Below are positions 15,375 through 25,381 of a stretch of 32,000 nt of DNA, one piece after another. Both the position numbers and the translations under genes were made by a program. Positions within the stretch are counted from its first letter, which is position 1; each line of letters starts with the position of its first letter. The notes beneath the pieces were generated by a model. It was not told the DNA's origin, did no database searches, and saw nothing but the letters and a program-made list of their open reading frames with translations. Location: the NCBI RefSeq assembly GCF_015582655.1, contig NZ_CP058255.1, one strand, 5' to 3'. Source of the stretch: Priestia megaterium. Lineage in GTDB: Bacteria > Bacillota > Bacilli > Bacillales > Bacillaceae_H.

Positions 15375-17174
15375 GTGGTAAGAGTAAGTGGGTTAGCAAG
15401 CGGAATGGATATTGATCAAATCGTTAGTGATTTAATGAAGGCTGAACGAATGCCTATCGATAAAATGAAAAAACAAAAGCAAACGTTAGAGTGGCAGCGA
15501 GATGATTATCGCTCAATGAACTTGCTGTTATCAGACTTTAATAATCTCGCTTTTAATATGACCTTGCAGTCTTCTTATTCGTCTAAAACGGTATCTTCAG
15601 CAGATGAAACGAAAGTAAAAGCAGCAGCTACTTCCTCAGCAGCAAATGCTTCTTATACTCTTTCAAACGTGACAATGGCGACTGCTGCGCAGAGTATTAG
15701 CGTTAACAGTATTGCTTCTAGTATTGATCCGACGAAAAGCTTGTGGTCTCAACGGGATTCGATGGGAACAGGAGTGTGGACTAAAAAAACAATTGATCAA
15801 GCTGCTATAGCGTTAAGTGCTGATACTAGTACAGTAAAACTAGCCAAAGGGTCTCTTTCTGAAGGGAATACTCTGCAGTCTATCTCTGTTACCACCGGAG
15901 GTGTGACTAACAGTTATAGCGTGAGAATAGGAACTGAGGCAGGAGCAGTAGATCCTAATGAAGTATTTATTAACGCAGACACAGGGGAAATGACGTTTGG
16001 TACCACGTTAACAAGCGGAAGCACAATTGAAGCGTTCTCGTATCAGCAAAATGTATTGAACTTTTCTATTACAACTTATGACAGCAATGGAAAAGCCACA
16101 GGAGACGGTCCAAACGGCAGCAGTGAATTTGAATTTGATGGTTCTACATCCTTAAACACGATTCTTACACAAATCAGCAATTCAAAAGTAGGCATTTCAG
16201 CCTTTTTCGATGAAGGAACGAATAAAGTTGTCATGACTCGTAAAGATACGGGAGATTTATCTTCGGCTGATAGTTTGGATGGTTCAAGTGGTTCAAACAT
16301 GGTTTTTTCAGGAGGATTTTTGACGGGCTTTTTACAGCTCGCCGGTGATGCCAAAGGAACAGACGCAAAATTTACGCTGAACGGTCTAGAAACAACTCGT
16401 AAGTCCAATACATTTACAACGGGAGGCGTTACCTATACCCTTCAAAACAATTTCACAGGAGATGTGCGCGTTAACGTAAGCAATGATACGCAAAAAGTAT
16501 TTGATACAATTAAAGATTTCGTGACCAAATACAATGAACTGATTGAGAAAATTAATGGAAAGATTACGGAAGAAAGAGACCGGAACTATCAGCCTTTGAC
16601 TGATGAAGAAAGAGAAAAACTAACGGATAAACAAGCTGAGCAGTGGGATGATAAGGCGAAAAGCGGTTTGTTAAAAGGAGACTCAATTCTATCAAGCGGC
16701 CTAAACCAAATGCGTTCCAACTGGTATGCCTCTGTATCAGGAGTGAGCGGAGCATTTTCGCAGCTAACCGACATCGGTATTTCAACTAGTGCAAACTATA
16801 GCGATCGAGGCAAGCTAGTCATAGAAGGTGACGGAACTAAATTAAAAGAAGCAATTGAAAAAGATCCGCAGTCTGTCATGGATTTATTTATGAAAAGTGG
16901 AAGTACAACAAGTGAAAAAGGGATTGTACGACGTTTACGGGATACGATTACTCAAACCGTATCCAAAGTTGAGCAGCGCGCCGGCCGTTCAACATGGACA
17001 AGTGAACAATTTTTGCTTGGGCGGAATTTAAAAAGCGTAAACAGCCAAATTACTAGTTTTGAAAGCAGGCTCACACAGGTAGAGGACCGGTATTATCGGC
17101 AGTTTACAGCAATGGAAAAAGCCATTCAAAATGCAAATGCTCAAAGCGCGCAGTTATCGCAATATTTTAGTTAA
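15375..17174 (+). CDS. fliD: Flagellar filament cap protein (HAP2)
   Basis: GTG start after GGTGGTGA. The N-terminus is MVRVSGLASGMDIDQIVSDLMKAERMPIDKMK and the C-terminus is ...RYYRQFTAMEKAIQNANAQSAQLSQYF. Both are conserved FliD terminal regions. fliS and fliT follow. Confidence 0.93.
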   Translation: MVRVSGLASGMDIDQIVSDLMKAERMPIDKMKKQKQTLEWQRDDYRSMNLLLSDFNNLAFNMTLQSSYSSKTVSSADETKVKAAATSSAANASYTLSNVTMATAAQSISVNSIASSIDPTKSLWSQRDSMGTGVWTKKTIDQAAIALSADTSTVKLAKGSLSEGNTLQSISVTTGGVTNSYSVRIGTEAGAVDPNEVFINADTGEMTFGTTLTSGSTIEAFSYQQNVLNFSITTYDSNGKATGDGPNGSSEFEFDGSTSLNTILTQISNSKVGISAFFDEGTNKVVMTRKDTGDLSSADSLDGSSGSNMVFSGGFLTGFLQLAGDAKGTDAKFTLNGLETTRKSNTFTTGGVTYTLQNNFTGDVRVNVSNDTQKVFDTIKDFVTKYNELIEKINGKITEERDRNYQPLTDEEREKLTDKQAEQWDDKAKSGLLKGDSILSSGLNQMRSNWYASVSGVSGAFSQLTDIGISTSANYSDRGKLVIEGDGTKLKEAIEKDPQSVMDLFMKSGSTTSEKGIVRRLRDTITQTVSKVEQRAGRSTWTSEQFLLGRNLKSVNSQITSFESRLTQVEDRYYRQFTAMEKAIQNANAQSAQLSQYFS

Positions 17175-17190
17175 GAAGGAGTGAACGTTT

Positions 17191-17592
17191 ATGGCAGCAA
17201 ATAATCCATATCAAGCGTATCAGAAAGGAGCTGTTCAGACTGCTTCTCCAGGAGAGTTAACGCTTATGCTGTATAACGGGTGTTTAAAATTTATCAAACT
17301 TGCACGAACAGGCATACAGGAAAAAAATATTGAGCTGAAAAATACGAATCTGTTAAAAGCACAAAATATTATTCAAGAATTAATGATTACCCTTGATACA
17401 AACGTGCAAGTTGCTAAGTCTATGATGGCTATGTATGACTATATTAACCAGTGTTTAATTGAAGCAAATACAAAAAATGACACAGCAAGCTTGGATGAAG
17501 CCGAACAATATGTAACAGAATTCCGCGATACGTGGAAGCAAGTTGTGCAGCTTCACCGCCAGCAAGTCCATGGAAGCGGCGGTCAAGCATAA
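17191..17592 (+). CDS. fliS: Flagellin-specific chaperone
   Basis: RBS AAGGAG precedes the ATG. MAANNPYQAYQKGAVQTASPGELTLMLYNGCLKFIKLA is the typical FliS N-terminus. 133 aa. Confidence 0.93.
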   Translation: MAANNPYQAYQKGAVQTASPGELTLMLYNGCLKFIKLARTGIQEKNIELKNTNLLKAQNIIQELMITLDTNVQVAKSMMAMYDYINQCLIEANTKNDTASLDEAEQYVTEFRDTWKQVVQLHRQQVHGSGGQA

Positions 17593-17594
17593 AT

Positions 17595-17933
17595 ATGATT
17601 AACGACCTATATCAGCTAACGGATGAGATTTATCGGCTTATTAAAACATTTTGTGACAAAAATCGAGAAGAAGGCATTCAAAAGTTAGAGTATCTTCTAT
17701 TAAAAAGACGTGACCTCATAGAGAAACTGCCGCCAAAAAATAGGGATAATGAATCGATGGGTAAGAAAATTGTCGAAATGAATAAGGAAATTGATCAAAA
17801 GCTCATCTTAATTCGGCATCAAATTATGGTAGATCTCTGTTTGCTAAAAGCGAAAAAAAAGCATAATAACAGCTATGTAAACCCTTACGAAACAAAAACG
17901 TTTGATGGGATGTTTTACGATAAAAAAAATTAA
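17595..17933 (+). CDS. fliT: FliT-like flagellar chaperone
   Basis: I prefer the ATG at 17595, 2 nt after the fliS stop, giving MINDLYQLTDEIYRLIKTF... (112 aa, about the size of B. subtilis FliT). The track start at 17532 would overlap fliS by 61 nt. The call rests mostly on position and size. Confidence 0.7.
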   Translation: MINDLYQLTDEIYRLIKTFCDKNREEGIQKLEYLLLKRRDLIEKLPPKNRDNESMGKKIVEMNKEIDQKLILIRHQIMVDLCLLKAKKKHNNSYVNPYETKTFDGMFYDKKN

Positions 17934-17954
17934 TTCTGCGTAAAAAAATACAAC

Positions 17955-17990
17955 CCTTCTTCTTATGGAGAAGGTCTATTTTTTTGGTTT
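17955..17990 (+). terminator. Rho-independent terminator after fliT
   Basis: 8-bp stem CCTTCTTC (17955-17962) / GGAGAAGG (17967-17974) with one G-T pair and loop TTAT, followed by TCTATTTTTTTGGTTTTTT. Confidence 0.65.
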
Positions 17991-18049
17991 TTTCATAAAC
18001 TTTTCTCAGGTTCCATAAATTTTCACTAAATTTTCAAAAAATTTTAATA

Positions 18050-18075
18050 GTTTAGGAAGGGATTGTGTCGGGTAT
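18050..18075 (+). promoter_or_regulatory. SigB (general stress)-type promoter for hpf
   Basis: GTTTAG (18050-18055), a 14-nt spacer, then GGGTAT (18070-18075), against the consensus GTTTAA-N12-15-GGGTAT. It lies 47 nt upstream of the hpf ATG. B. subtilis yvyD/hpf is a known SigB regulon member. Confidence 0.7.
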
Positions 18076-18122
18076 TGTAGAATTGTAGAGGTATAGCAAT
18101 GGATTAAAGGAGGAGTTCGAAC

Positions 18123-18674
18123 ATGATGTATAACATTCGCGGTGAAAACATTGAGGTGACTCCAGCAATTAGGGAATACGTAGAGAAAAAGCTTGGTAAG
18201 TTAGAGCGTTATTTCGACGAAACACCAACTGCTGACGTAAATGTAAACTTAAAAGTCTACAATAACGATCAAAAAATAGAAGTCACAATCCCAATGAATG
18301 ATCTCGTATTGAGAGCTGAAGAGACACACAGTGATTTATACGCAGCTGTCGATCTTGTCCTAGATAAATTAGAGCGTCAAATTCGTAAACATAAAACAAA
18401 AGTAAATCGAAAAATGCGTGAAAAAGGCGCTGAGAAGTATCTGTTCGCAGCATTAGAAAGCGAAGCGAACGTAGCTGTTGCAACTGAAGAAGATGAATTA
18501 GAGCTAGTTCGTACAAAACGATTTAATTTAAAACCAATGGATAGCGAAGAGGCTATTTTGCAAATGAATATGTTAGGGCATAGTTTCTTTGTATTTACAA
18601 ACGCTGAGACCAACATTACAAACGTTGTATATCGAAGAAAAGATGGACGATATGGATTGATTGAACCAAACTAA
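18123..18674 (+). CDS. hpf: Ribosome hibernation promoting factor, long form (YvyD)
   Basis: RBS AAAGGAGGAG precedes the ATG. The sequence runs MMYNIRGENIEVTPAIREYVEKKLGKLERYF... with the C-terminal dimerisation domain ...FFVFTNAETNITNVVYRRKDGRYGLIEP. Confidence 0.95.
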   Translation: MMYNIRGENIEVTPAIREYVEKKLGKLERYFDETPTADVNVNLKVYNNDQKIEVTIPMNDLVLRAEETHSDLYAAVDLVLDKLERQIRKHKTKVNRKMREKGAEKYLFAALESEANVAVATEEDELELVRTKRFNLKPMDSEEAILQMNMLGHSFFVFTNAETNITNVVYRRKDGRYGLIEPN

Positions 18675-18711
18675 GATTATAGGCTCTCTTAAACAAGAGC
18701 AGTAAAGTAAA

Positions 18712-18739
18712 AGCAGCGTGCCTCCGCACGCTGCTTTTT
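18712..18739. terminator. Bidirectional terminator between hpf and the convergent GNAT gene
   Basis: Perfect 10-bp GC-rich stem AGCAGCGTGC (18712-18721) / GCACGCTGCT (18726-18735) with loop CTCC. A T-run follows and an A-rich stretch precedes it. Confidence 0.85.
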
Positions 18740-18745
18740 AGCTGC

Positions 18746-19150
18746 TTAAAAAAATAGTTCCATCACTACATAGCGCGTAGAAGATTTGGTGAATACACGC
18801 GTGGTTTCTTTCATGTTGAACACCTTATAAAAAGAGACTTTATTTTCTCGTGCGTTACACCAGATCTTTCTTACCCCAAGGTTCTTAGCTTTGAGAAAAA
18901 CCTCCTCTAGTAGACGACTGCCATATCCTTTTCCTTGTTCATCTTTGAGAGTAGCAAATTTTCGAAATTGAGCTTCATCCCCTGTTATAAATAAAGAAAC
19001 AACTGATTTTAACTCTCCTTCTTCAAACAGTCCATAGTGAATGCCTGATGGATCATCTTTCAGCTGAATATAACTGAAATCTTTATCAGGCCACATGACG
19101 GTATGTCGGACTTTCCAAGCTTGTTCTTTTGTAATCGATTGAACGTTCAT
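18746..19150 (-). CDS. GNAT-family N-acetyltransferase
   Basis: RBS AAGGGGAATG precedes the ATG. The 134-aa protein has the acetyl-CoA binding motif region FRKFATLKDEQGKGYGSRLLEEV (Q/RxxGxG/A). Substrate is unknown. Confidence 0.75.
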   Translation of the reverse strand: MNVQSITKEQAWKVRHTVMWPDKDFSYIQLKDDPSGIHYGLFEEGELKSVVSLFITGDEAQFRKFATLKDEQGKGYGSRLLEEVFLKAKNLGVRKIWCNARENKVSFYKVFNMKETTRVFTKSSTRYVVMELFF

Positions 19151-19281
19151 TCTACATTCCCCTTTTTTATTGTAAGAGTGAGGAAGGGGAAATCACAATA
19201 GAAAATAACTCGTTAATAGAGTAGTACTCGTAAAGAGACAGACGAAAAAGGGTACAAGTTGCTACTTGTTTAGCTGCAATG

Positions 19282-19310
19282 TTACAATTTTACTCAGAAT
19301 GTTTTATAAT
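19282..19310 (+). promoter_or_regulatory. SigA-type promoter for secA
   Basis: TTACAA (19282-19287), a 17-nt spacer, then TATAAT (19305-19310). It lies about 65 nt upstream of the secA ATG. Confidence 0.6.
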
Positions 19311-19376
19311 GAAAGATACAGATATGAATGAAAATAGTATAAAATGTACTGATTATAAATAGAGGAGCGTTTTAAT

Positions 19377-21893
19377 ATGCTTGGATTATTTAAAAAAGTG
19401 TTTGACGGCAATCAACGTCAAATCGGCCGTTTAGAAAAAATGGCGGACCAAATTGATGCGTTAGGTCCTGAAATTGCGTCTTTAACGGACGATCAGCTTC
19501 GTGAAAAAACAGCTGAATTTCAACAACGCTACCAAAATGGCGAATCGCTCGATAACCTATTAGATGAAGCTTTTGCGGTTGTACGTGAAGCAGCGAAACG
19601 TGTGTTAGGCATGTATCCGTACAAAGTTCAGTTAATGGGGGGTATTTCTCTGCATGAAGGGAATATCTCGGAAATGAAAACGGGTGAAGGTAAAACGTTG
19701 ACAGCTACTATGCCTGTGTACTTAAACGCTATTACAGGAAAAGGTGTACATGTAGTAACAGTCAATGAATACTTAGCGAGCCGTGATGCTAGTGAAATGG
19801 GTCGTTTATACGAATTCTTAGGCTTGAAAGTAGGGTTGAATTTAAACCATTTAACGCGTGAAGAAAAGCAAGAAGCATATGCAGCTGATATTACGTATAG
19901 TACAAATAATGAACTCGGATTTGATTATTTACGTGATAACATGGTGCTTTACAAAGAACAAATGGTTCAACGTCCGCTTCATTTTGCCGTAATCGATGAA
20001 GTTGACTCTATCTTAATTGATGAAGCACGTACGCCGCTTATTATATCCGGCAGCGCGCAGAAATCAACTGCGCTTTATATTCAAGCTAATGCATTCGTTC
20101 GCACGCTTGATAAAGAAACCGATTTTACTTTTGATATCAAAACAAAAAGTGTTCAGCTAACCGAAGAAGGTATGTCAAAAGCCGAGCGGGCATTTGGCAT
20201 TGAAAACTTATTTGATATTTCACACGTAGCACTAAACCATCACATCAATCAAGCGCTTAAAGCACATGTAACTATGCAAAATGATGTGGATTATGTAATT
20301 GATGAAGATCAAGTCGTAATCGTTGACCAATTTACTGGTCGTTTAATGAAAGGAAGACGTTTTAGCGACGGCTTACATCAAGCTATCGAAGCTAAAGAGA
20401 ACGTTGAGATTCAAAATGAAAGCATGACGTTAGCTACAATTACATTCCAAAACTACTTCCGTATGTATGAAAAATTATCAGGTATGACGGGTACAGCTAA
20501 AACGGAAGAAGAAGAATTCCGTAATATCTACAACATGCACGTTGTTGTTATTCCGACAAACAAGCCAATTTCACGTGATGATAAAGCGGATTTAATTTAT
20601 AAGTCAATGGAAGGCAAGTTTAATGCGGTAGTAGAAGATATTGCCGAGCGCCACGCAAAAGGACAGCCTGTTCTTGTTGGTACAGTTGCGATCGAAACAT
20701 CTGAAATTTTATCAGCTTTATTAAAGAAAAAAGGCATTCGCCATCACGTGTTAAATGCAAAACAGCATGAGCGTGAAGCGGATATTATTGAAAATGCGGG
20801 TCACAAAGGCGCGGTAACAATCGCAACAAATATGGCCGGTCGTGGTACGGATATCAAACTAGGTGAAGGTGTCGTTGAAGCTGGCGGTCTTGCTGTAATT
20901 GGTACAGAGCGTCATGAATCACGCCGTATTGATAATCAGCTCCGCGGACGTGCTGGACGTCAAGGTGATCCAGGGGTATCTCAATTCTATCTATCCATGG
21001 AAGATGAATTAATGCGCCGATTTGGTTCAGATAATATGATGGCAATGATGGATCGCCTTGGTATGGATGACTCACAGCCAATTCAAAGTAAAATTGTAAC
21101 AAGAGCTGTTGAATCCGCTCAAAAACGCGTTGAAGGTAATAACTTCGATGCGCGTAAACAATTGCTTCAATATGATGACGTGCTTCGTCAACAGCGTGAA
21201 GTTATTTACAAACAGCGCTTTGAAGTGCTTGATTCAGACAACCTTCGTGCGATTGTAGAACGTATGATTGAATCAACGCTACAGCGTGTGGTTGAAGTAA
21301 ACACACCGCGTGAAGAATTAGAAGAAGAATGGAATTTACAAGCGATTATTGATTACGTAAATGCTAATGTTCTTGAGGAAGGTGAAGTCACAGAAGAAGA
21401 TCTTCGCCGTAAAGAGCCTGAAGAAATGGTAGAACTGCTGGTAGATCATGCAAAAGCTCGTTATAATGAAAAAGAAGAGCAGCTCCCTGAAGAACAAATG
21501 CGTGAATTTGAAAAAGTTGTTGTTCTTAGAGCAGTTGATTCTAAATGGATGGATCATATTGATACGATGGACCAGCTTCGCCAAGGTATCCACCTTCGTG
21601 CGTACGGCCAAACAGATCCTCTTCGCGAATACCAAATGGAAGGTTTTGCGATGTTTGAAAATATGATTGCAACCATTGAAGAAGAAGTGACGAAGTATAT
21701 CATGAAAGCAGAAATTAACAACAACCTTGAGCGTCAAGAAGTAGCACAAGGCCAGGCGGCTGTTCATCCAAAAGAAGGAGACGCGCCGGCTAAGAAGAAG
21801 CCAAAAGTAAATGCGATAGAAGTTGGCCGAAATGATCCTTGTATCTGCGGAAGTGGCAAAAAGTATAAAAACTGCTGCGGTAAAGAATCATAA
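19377..21893 (+). CDS. secA: Preprotein translocase ATPase SecA
   Basis: RBS AGAGGAG precedes the ATG. Walker A is MKTGEGKT, the DEAD-like box is [21 protein letters not shown], and the C-terminal zinc-binding tail is [14 protein letters not shown]. 838 aa. Confidence 0.98.
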   Translation: MLGLFKKVFDGNQRQIGRLEKMADQIDALGPEIASLTDDQLREKTAEFQQRYQNGESLDNLLDEAFAVVREAAKRVLGMYPYKVQLMGGISLHEGNISEMKTGEGKTLTATMPVYLNAITGKGVHVVTVNEYLASRDASEMGRLYEFLGLKVGLNLNHLTREEKQEAYAADITYSTNNELGFDYLRDNMVLYKEQMVQRPLHFAVIDEVDSILIDEARTPLIISGSAQKSTALYIQANAFVRTLDKETDFTFDIKTKSVQLTEEGMSKAERAFGIENLFDISHVALNHHINQALKAHVTMQNDVDYVIDEDQVVIVDQFTGRLMKGRRFSDGLHQAIEAKENVEIQNESMTLATITFQNYFRMYEKLSGMTGTAKTEEEEFRNIYNMHVVVIPTNKPISRDDKADLIYKSMEGKFNAVVEDIAERHAKGQPVLVGTVAIETSEILSALLKKKGIRHHVLNAKQHEREADIIENAGHKGAVTIATNMAGRGTDIKLGEGVVEAGGLAVIGTERHESRRIDNQLRGRAGRQGDPGVSQFYLSMEDELMRRFGSDNMMAMMDRLGMDDSQPIQSKIVTRAVESAQKRVEGNNFDARKQLLQYDDVLRQQREVIYKQRFEVLDSDNLRAIVERMIESTLQRVVEVNTPREELEEEWNLQAIIDYVNANVLEEGEVTEEDLRRKEPEEMVELLVDHAKARYNEKEEQLPEEQMREFEKVVVLRAVDSKWMDHIDTMDQLRQGIHLRAYGQTDPLREYQMEGFAMFENMIATIEEEVTKYIMKAEINNNLERQEVAQGQAAVHPKEGDAPAKKKPKVNAIEVGRNDPCICGSGKKYKNCCGKES

Positions 21894-21925
21894 AATAAGA
21901 GTCAATTAGTATAGAATGAACTAGT

Positions 21926-21961
21926 ACAGGAAGGAAATGAGTCTTCTCATTTCCTTCCTGT
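21926..21961 (+). other. 16-bp perfect hairpin between secA and prfB, no U-tract
   Basis: ACAGGAAGGAAATGAG (21926-21941) / CTCATTTCCTTCCTGT (21946-21961) with loop TCTT. It is followed by GCGTCAAAAAT rather than a T-run. It is more likely a processing/stability element or a leaky terminator than a full stop, since secA-prfB are co-transcribed in B. subtilis. Confidence 0.5.
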
Positions 21962-21992
21962 GCGTCAAAAATAAAATAGAGGTGTTTAACTC

Positions 21993-23091
21993 ATGGATTT
22001 AGTAGAAATTAAGCAAGAACTTGACAAAACAGCTAAGCGATTAGCGGACTTTAGGGGGTCTCTTTGACCTCGATACAAAACAAGCTCGTATCGATGAATT
22101 AGATGAGACTATGGCTGATCCAAATTTTTGGAATGACCAGCAGGCAGCTCAGACTGTTATTAATGAAGCCAATGGTTTAAAAGATGCAGTAAATCAATTT
22201 AACCACTTGGATGAAACATACGAAAATTTACAGATATCTCATGAACTTGTAAAAGAAGAATACGATGAAGATTTAGCAGAAGAACTAGTTAGTGAACTAA
22301 AAGAGCTTATTTCAGGCATGAACGACTTTGAATTACAGCTGCTTTTAAGCGAGCCGTATGATAAAAATAACGCCATTTTAGAACTGCACCCAGGTGCTGG
22401 TGGAACAGAATCACAGGATTGGGGTTCAATGTTACTACGTATGTATACGCGCTGGGCGGAGAAAAAAGGTTTCAAAGTAGAAACGCTTGATTACTTACCT
22501 GGAGATGAAGCTGGTATTAAAAGTGTAACGCTTTTAATTAAAGGTCATAATGCGTACGGGTATTTAAAAGCTGAAAAAGGCGTTCATCGTCTCGTTCGTA
22601 TTTCTCCGTTTGATTCATCAGGCCGTCGTCATACGTCATTCGTATCGTGCGACATAATGCCGGAATTTAACGATGAAATTTCAATTGATATTCGTACGGA
22701 AGATTTGAAGGTTGATACGTATCGTGCAAGCGGTGCCGGAGGTCAGCATATCAATACAACAGATTCAGCTGTTCGTATTACTCACCTCCCAACTAATGTA
22801 GTCGTATCTTGTCAGACGGAACGTTCACAAATTAAAAACCGTGAGCAAGCAATGAAGATGTTAAAATCTAAGTTGTATCAATTAGAAATTGAAAAGCAGC
22901 AAGAACAGCTAGCTGAAATTCGCGGAGAACAAAAAGATATTGGGTGGGGAAGTCAAATTCGTTCGTACGTATTCCATCCGTACTCATTAGTAAAAGATCA
23001 CCGCACAAATACGGAAGTCGGAAACACGCAAAGCGTAATGGATGGAGATCTAGATCCGTTTATCGATGCGTATTTACGTTCTCATATTTAA
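21993..23091 (+). CDS. prfB: Peptide chain release factor 2, requires programmed +1 frameshift (21993..22064 joined to 22066..23091)
   Basis: The ATG at 21993 follows AGAGGTG. Frame 0 reads [24 protein letters not shown] and then hits TGA at 22065-22067. The +1 frame continues as [22 protein letters not shown]... and is the track ORF 22111..23091. SPF (RISPFDS) and GGQ (SGAGGQHIN) motifs are present. Confidence 0.95.
22053..22068 (+). promoter_or_regulatory. RF2 autoregulatory +1 frameshift site
   Basis: AGG GGG TCT CTT TGA C consists of an internal SD-like AGGGGG, a 3-nt spacer and the slippery CTT followed by TGA C. This is the canonical prfB recoding cassette. Confidence 0.93.
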
Positions 23092-23095
23092 TCAA

Positions 23096-23128
23096 AAGGC
23101 AGCATACTTAGGTATGCTGCCTTTTTTT
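23096..23128 (+). terminator. Rho-independent terminator after prfB
   Basis: Perfect 12-bp stem AAGGCAGCATAC (23096-23107) / GTATGCTGCCTT (23112-23123) followed by TTTTT. Confidence 0.88.
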
Positions 23129-23296
23129 AAATTGTTGGGACTTTGTAAAATTTGGATGAAGAAAAACGAGCGTAAAGAACTATTGTTAAAAAGAAAATCG
23201 AGAAAATACAGAAATTTAAAGGTTGCTGTCGTAAGTTCGCTTATTTTGTCAATGAAATAAAATGGTTAAAAATACCTGATTTGCGGCAAGTGCTTC

Positions 23297-23338
23297 TTTA
23301 CAATCCTTTATACCCCTTTTACAAACAGGATTTATAAT
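23297..23338 (+). promoter_or_regulatory. Pho-box-like repeats plus -10 box (candidate PhoP-activated phoD promoter)
   Basis: TTTACA (23297-23302), TTATAC (23308-23313) and TTTACA (23318-23323) are spaced about 10-11 bp apart, then TATAAT at 23333-23338. This resembles the TT(A/T/C)ACA direct repeats with roughly 5-bp spacers that replace the -35 in B. subtilis Pho-regulon promoters. Confidence 0.5.
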
Positions 23339-23370
23339 TTGAGTTAAATCATGAGGAAGGGGCATGTGCA

Positions 23371-25131
23371 GTGGAAAATAAATCATTAAACGAATTAATA
23401 GAGCAAGTGAAACAGAATAGCTTTTCTTCGAGTAAAGGGTTTGATAGACGGCGTTTTTTACAAGGAGCTGGAAAAGTAGCAGGAGTATCACTTGGCTTAA
23501 CAATTGCTCAGTCTATTGGTTTAAATGCAGTAGAAGCTTCAGCTGCAGCGCCTAAATTTTCAAGTTATCCGTTCACTCTAGGTGTCGCATCAGGAGATCC
23601 TTTAGCAGATAGTATTGTTCTTTGGACAAGATTAGCACCAGACCCGTTGAATGGCGGGGGGATGCCTAATCAACCTATTCCAGTAAAATGGGAGCTTAGT
23701 GAAGATGAAGACTTTCATCGAATTGTCAAACGAGGAACAGAAGTGGCTAGACCTGAACTTGCTCATTCGGTTCACGTTGATGTAAAAGGATTAAAGCCGA
23801 GTCATATTTATTATTATCGATTTAAAAGCGGTCATGAGTTAAGCCCTGTTGGAAAAACAAAAACACTTCCTTCAGCAAATGCAGAAGTAGCCAGCATGAC
23901 GTTTGCGTTCGCTTCGTGTCAGCAATATGAACATGGGTACTTTACAGCCTATGAGCATATGGTTAAAGAACAATTAGATTTTGTCGTTCATTTGGGTGAT
24001 TACATCTATGAATATGGACCAAACGAGTACGTGGCTGCAAGCGGAAATGTTCGTACTCACAGCAGCGCAGAAATTCAAACGCTGCAAGACTATCGAAACA
24101 GGCATGCTCAGTACAGGTCAGATGCCAATTTGAAGTCTGCTCATGCTGCTTTTCCATGGATTGTGACGTGGGATGATCATGAAGTAGAAAACAATTATGC
24201 AAATGTAATTCCTGAAAAAGGCCAATCAGTAGAAGCATTTATCCAACGTCGCGCTGCAGCTTATCAAGCTTATTACGAACACATGCCTTTGCGCCAAACA
24301 TCCTTGCCTCACGGAACGGATATGAGATTGTATCGTGATTTTTCATATGGCAAACTAGCTTCTTTTCAAGTGTTGGATACGCGTCAGTACAGAGATGATC
24401 AAGCAAACGGAGACGGAACAAAGCCGCAAACGCCAGAATCTCTTGATTCCAAACGTACGCTATTGGGGAATGAACAAGAAAAATGGCTGTTTACTAATCT
24501 TGAAAAGTCATCGTGTCACTGGAATGTGCTGGCTCAACAAATTTTCTTTGCACCAAGAAAATTTGGAACGGCTGCTAAGCCTACATACAGCATGGATGCA
24601 TGGGATGGGTATACGGCGAATCGTCAGCGCGTCATGGATTTTATTGAACAGAAAAAGTTAGACAACGTCATTGTACTAACTGGAGATGTACACGCTAACT
24701 GGGCTTCTAACTTATACGCGGATTTTGCTAACCTTAATTCAAGAATTATTGGTGCAGAGTTCATCGGCACCTCCATCACTTCCGGAGGGAACGGAGCAGA
24801 TAAAAGAGCAGACACGGATAAAATTTTAAGTCAAAATCCACACCTCACATTTTTTAATGATTATAGAGGATATGTAAGGTGTACGGTAACTCCTGATATA
24901 TGGCAAGCCGATTATCGCGTTGTGCCTTTTGTAACAGAGCCTGGTGCAGAAATTTCAACTCGAGCTTCCTTTCAATATGAAAAAGATGGAAAAGGTATGA
25001 AGGAAGTTGAAGTAAATAACGTGCCGCGTGGACTAAAGATTTCTAAGGAAGTAGAGGAAGATCGTATGCGGGCACATGGGAAAGCACATGAAAAACAAGA
25101 GTTGAAAAAGAAAGAAAAAGTCCACCAGTAA
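23371..25131 (+). CDS. phoD: Tat-secreted alkaline phosphatase/phosphodiesterase PhoD
   Basis: GTG start 8 nt after GGAAGGGG. The twin-arginine signal is FDRRRFLQGAGKVAGVSLGL...AVEASAA. The metallophosphatase core includes HLGDYIYEY, WDDHEVENN and LTGDVHANW. At 586 aa it is similar in size to B. subtilis PhoD. tatA and tatC follow. Confidence 0.9.
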   Translation: MENKSLNELIEQVKQNSFSSSKGFDRRRFLQGAGKVAGVSLGLTIAQSIGLNAVEASAAAPKFSSYPFTLGVASGDPLADSIVLWTRLAPDPLNGGGMPNQPIPVKWELSEDEDFHRIVKRGTEVARPELAHSVHVDVKGLKPSHIYYYRFKSGHELSPVGKTKTLPSANAEVASMTFAFASCQQYEHGYFTAYEHMVKEQLDFVVHLGDYIYEYGPNEYVAASGNVRTHSSAEIQTLQDYRNRHAQYRSDANLKSAHAAFPWIVTWDDHEVENNYANVIPEKGQSVEAFIQRRAAAYQAYYEHMPLRQTSLPHGTDMRLYRDFSYGKLASFQVLDTRQYRDDQANGDGTKPQTPESLDSKRTLLGNEQEKWLFTNLEKSSCHWNVLAQQIFFAPRKFGTAAKPTYSMDAWDGYTANRQRVMDFIEQKKLDNVIVLTGDVHANWASNLYADFANLNSRIIGAEFIGTSITSGGNGADKRADTDKILSQNPHLTFFNDYRGYVRCTVTPDIWQADYRVVPFVTEPGAEISTRASFQYEKDGKGMKEVEVNNVPRGLKISKEVEEDRMRAHGKAHEKQELKKKEKVHQ

Positions 25132-25157
25132 ACTGAGTAAGAAAAAGGAGGTCAAGT

Positions 25158-25376
25158 ATGTTTTCTAATATTGGAATCCCTGGTTTGGTTATTATTTTAG
25201 TTATTGCGTTAATAATTTTTGGACCGTCTAAGCTGCCGGAAGTTGGAAGAGCGTTTGGACGAACATTAACTGAATTTAAAGGAGCAGCAAAAGGGCTTGT
25301 ATCGGATGATGAAGGTGTTAAAGAAAAGCAGACCGCAACTGTTTCTGAACAAAAAGGGAATGAATCCACATCGTAA
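25158..25376 (+). CDS. tatA: Twin-arginine translocase subunit TatA (TatAd-like by context)
   Basis: RBS AAAGGAGG precedes the [44 protein letters not shown] is the canonical TatA/E TM-hinge-amphipathic helix. Confidence 0.93.
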   Translation: MFSNIGIPGLVIILVIALIIFGPSKLPEVGRAFGRTLTEFKGAAKGLVSDDEGVKEKQTATVSEQKGNESTS

Positions 25377-25381
25377 GTAAG

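Noticed and set aside
17532-17594. Longer fliT start overlapping fliS by 61 nt.
   Set aside because: The extension (MEASCAASPPASPWKRRSSIN) looks like out-of-frame fliS sequence. The ATG at 17595 gives a size similar to FliT.
18053-18088. SigH-type promoter upstream of hpf (AGGAAGG ... GTAGAATTG).
   Set aside because: The distance from AGGA to GAAT is about 27 nt, against about 21 nt in the known SigH promoters I recall. The spacing is incompatible.
20854-21767. Minus-strand ORFs inside secA (20854..21102, 21336..21767, the latter 143 aa) and + ORF 21448..21666.
   Set aside because: They are embedded in secA in other frames, and the 143-aa product is Phe/Lys/Asn-rich as expected for the reverse translation of an acidic coding region.
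23066-23503. ORFs 23066..23260 (+) and 23249..23503 (-), and an internal 34-codon basic ORF (MKKNERKELLLKRK...).
   Set aside because: They span the prfB terminator or the phoD promoter and signal-peptide region. None has a convincing RBS, and the small ORF has only a weak GG upstream.
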